From Candidatus Saccharimonadota bacterium (GTDB lineage Bacteria > Patescibacteriota > Saccharimonadia > Saccharimonadales > Saccharimonadaceae): a DNA stretch of 32,000 nt. The stretch is from positions 450,001 to 482,000 of the forward strand of contig CP060232.1 of assembly GCA_023898645.1 (NCBI GenBank), given 5' to 3'. The translations under genes and the position numbers were made by a program. Numbering within the stretch: position 1 is the first letter of the stretch; each line of letters opens with the position of its first letter. Below, piece by piece: positions 31,274-32,000 of this stretch. The notes under the pieces were generated by a model, which was not told where the DNA came from, did not search any database, and saw only the letters and a list, made by a program, of their open reading frames with translations.

Positions 31274-32000
31274 ATGAGTTTAACAATTCCATATATCAGG
31301 GCTAATACCATGAGGGCAAGGCACCTGTACCAGCGCACGCGAAGTCAGCATTTTGCCGTTGGTGCGTTTAATATCGATAACCAGGAAACTTTGATAGCTG
31401 TAGCACGTGCGGCACAGAAGCTGAAATCTCCAGTGCTTGTTGAAGTTAGTCATGGTGAAGTAAAAGCCATTGGTCTAGAAAACATTCGCGATATGGTCGA
31501 TAACTACAAAGAAGAATTTGGCGTAGAAATGTATATTAATCTTGACCACAGTCCATCTGTTGACGATTGTAAGCGCGCTATCGATGCTGGTTTTGAGTTT
31601 ATTCATATCGACATAAGCCAAGAAAACCATGACGCTAGCTTGCAAGACATCATTGCCAAGACAAAAGAGGTGGTGGATTATGCCAAATTTACCGGAGCGT
31701 TGGTAGAGAGCGAGCCGCACTACTTCGGCGGTTCGTCAAATGTCCACACAGAGAAGATTGACTACGAAGCAATTAAAAAGACGTTTAGCACACCCGAGGG
31801 TGCCAAGTATTTTATCGACATGACAGGTATTGATACATTTGCCGCTGCAGTTGGCAATTTACATGGTAAGTACCCAGTGCCTAAAGAACTCGATCTTGAG
31901 CTATTGCAGCAGATCCGCGACAGTATTGACTGTCAAATCAGTTTGCACGGAGGTTCTGGTACTCCTTTGCATTTCTTTGAAGATGCCGCTAAGATCGGCG
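31274..32000 (+). CDS. fba: Class II fructose-bisphosphate aldolase (partial, runs off the 3' edge)
   Basis: My own translation from ATG 31274 is open to the end of the window. It reads MSLTIPYIRANT...HFAVGAFNIDN...INLDHS...GNLHGKY...ISLHGGSG, with GGGAGG upstream. This ORF is absent from the ORF track because it has no stop in the window. Confidence 0.85.
   Translation, partial: MSLTIPYIRANTMRARHLYQRTRSQHFAVGAFNIDNQETLIAVARAAQKLKSPVLVEVSHGEVKAIGLENIRDMVDNYKEEFGVEMYINLDHSPSVDDCKRAIDAGFEFIHIDISQENHDASLQDIIAKTKEVVDYAKFTGALVESEPHYFGGSSNVHTEKIDYEAIKKTFSTPEGAKYFIDMTGIDTFAAAVGNLHGKYPVPKELDLELLQQIRDSIDCQISLHGGSGTPLHFFEDAAKIG

Noticed and set aside
1-32000. A search by eye for tRNA/rRNA genes, CRISPR repeats, IS or transposase, integrase, reverse transcriptase (DGR/retron), toxin-antitoxin pairs and classic defence genes
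   Set aside because: No spacer is long or structured enough for a tRNA (no GGTTCGA-type T-arm seen). No regularly spaced direct repeats are present. No ORF carries the corresponding catalytic motifs. A long-range DNA repeat search would need computation, which I could not do.

Overview
Gene-dense window (about 90% coding) using the standard genetic code: TGA is a true stop at the cyoB and cyoC ends. GC looks mixed, roughly 35-63% in the single 60-nt lines I hand-counted. I found no rRNA, tRNA, CRISPR array, transposase, integrase or reverse transcriptase. The gene content suggests a reduced-genome bacterium. Supporting points are a split transketolase, a short 514-aa Rel, cyoABCDE plus ndh as a self-contained respiratory block, and membrane-anchored glycoside hydrolases. 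This fits a Saccharibacteria/TM7-like Patescibacterium, but that placement is inference and cannot be proven from this window. Layout: (i) 202-729 is a secreted hypothetical protein followed by two terminators. (ii) 1042-7208 is an accessory-looking carbohydrate cluster and the most interesting part of the window. It holds a secreted 3xCBM-like + CE4 deacetylase, a processive-type GT2 synthase (QRQRW motif, C-terminal TM helices), a 74-aa membrane protein, and membrane-anchored GH16 and GH6 hydrolases. I read it as a candidate synthase-dependent exopolysaccharide or attachment module. (iii) 7323-12069 holds an SDR, a PAP2 phosphatase, a membrane protein, rmuC, an acidic small protein, a MIP channel with a poly-lysine (poly-A-encoded) tail, and a tail-anchored small protein. 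(iv) pheS-pheT. (v) cyoABCD-cyoE-ndh. (vi) An FKBP PPIase, trxB, a GDPD, ppa, a Nudix hydrolase and a short rel. (vii) gap, an orphan 100-aa gene, then rpiB-rpe-tktN-tktC-fba joined by TAATG overlaps. One signal recurs across the window. At least 8 first-in-operon genes have a -10 hexamer (TATACT, TATAAT or TAGAAT) ending 6-8 nt before the ATG and no Shine-Dalgarno. This implies widespread leaderless mRNAs alongside classical GGAGG-led genes.
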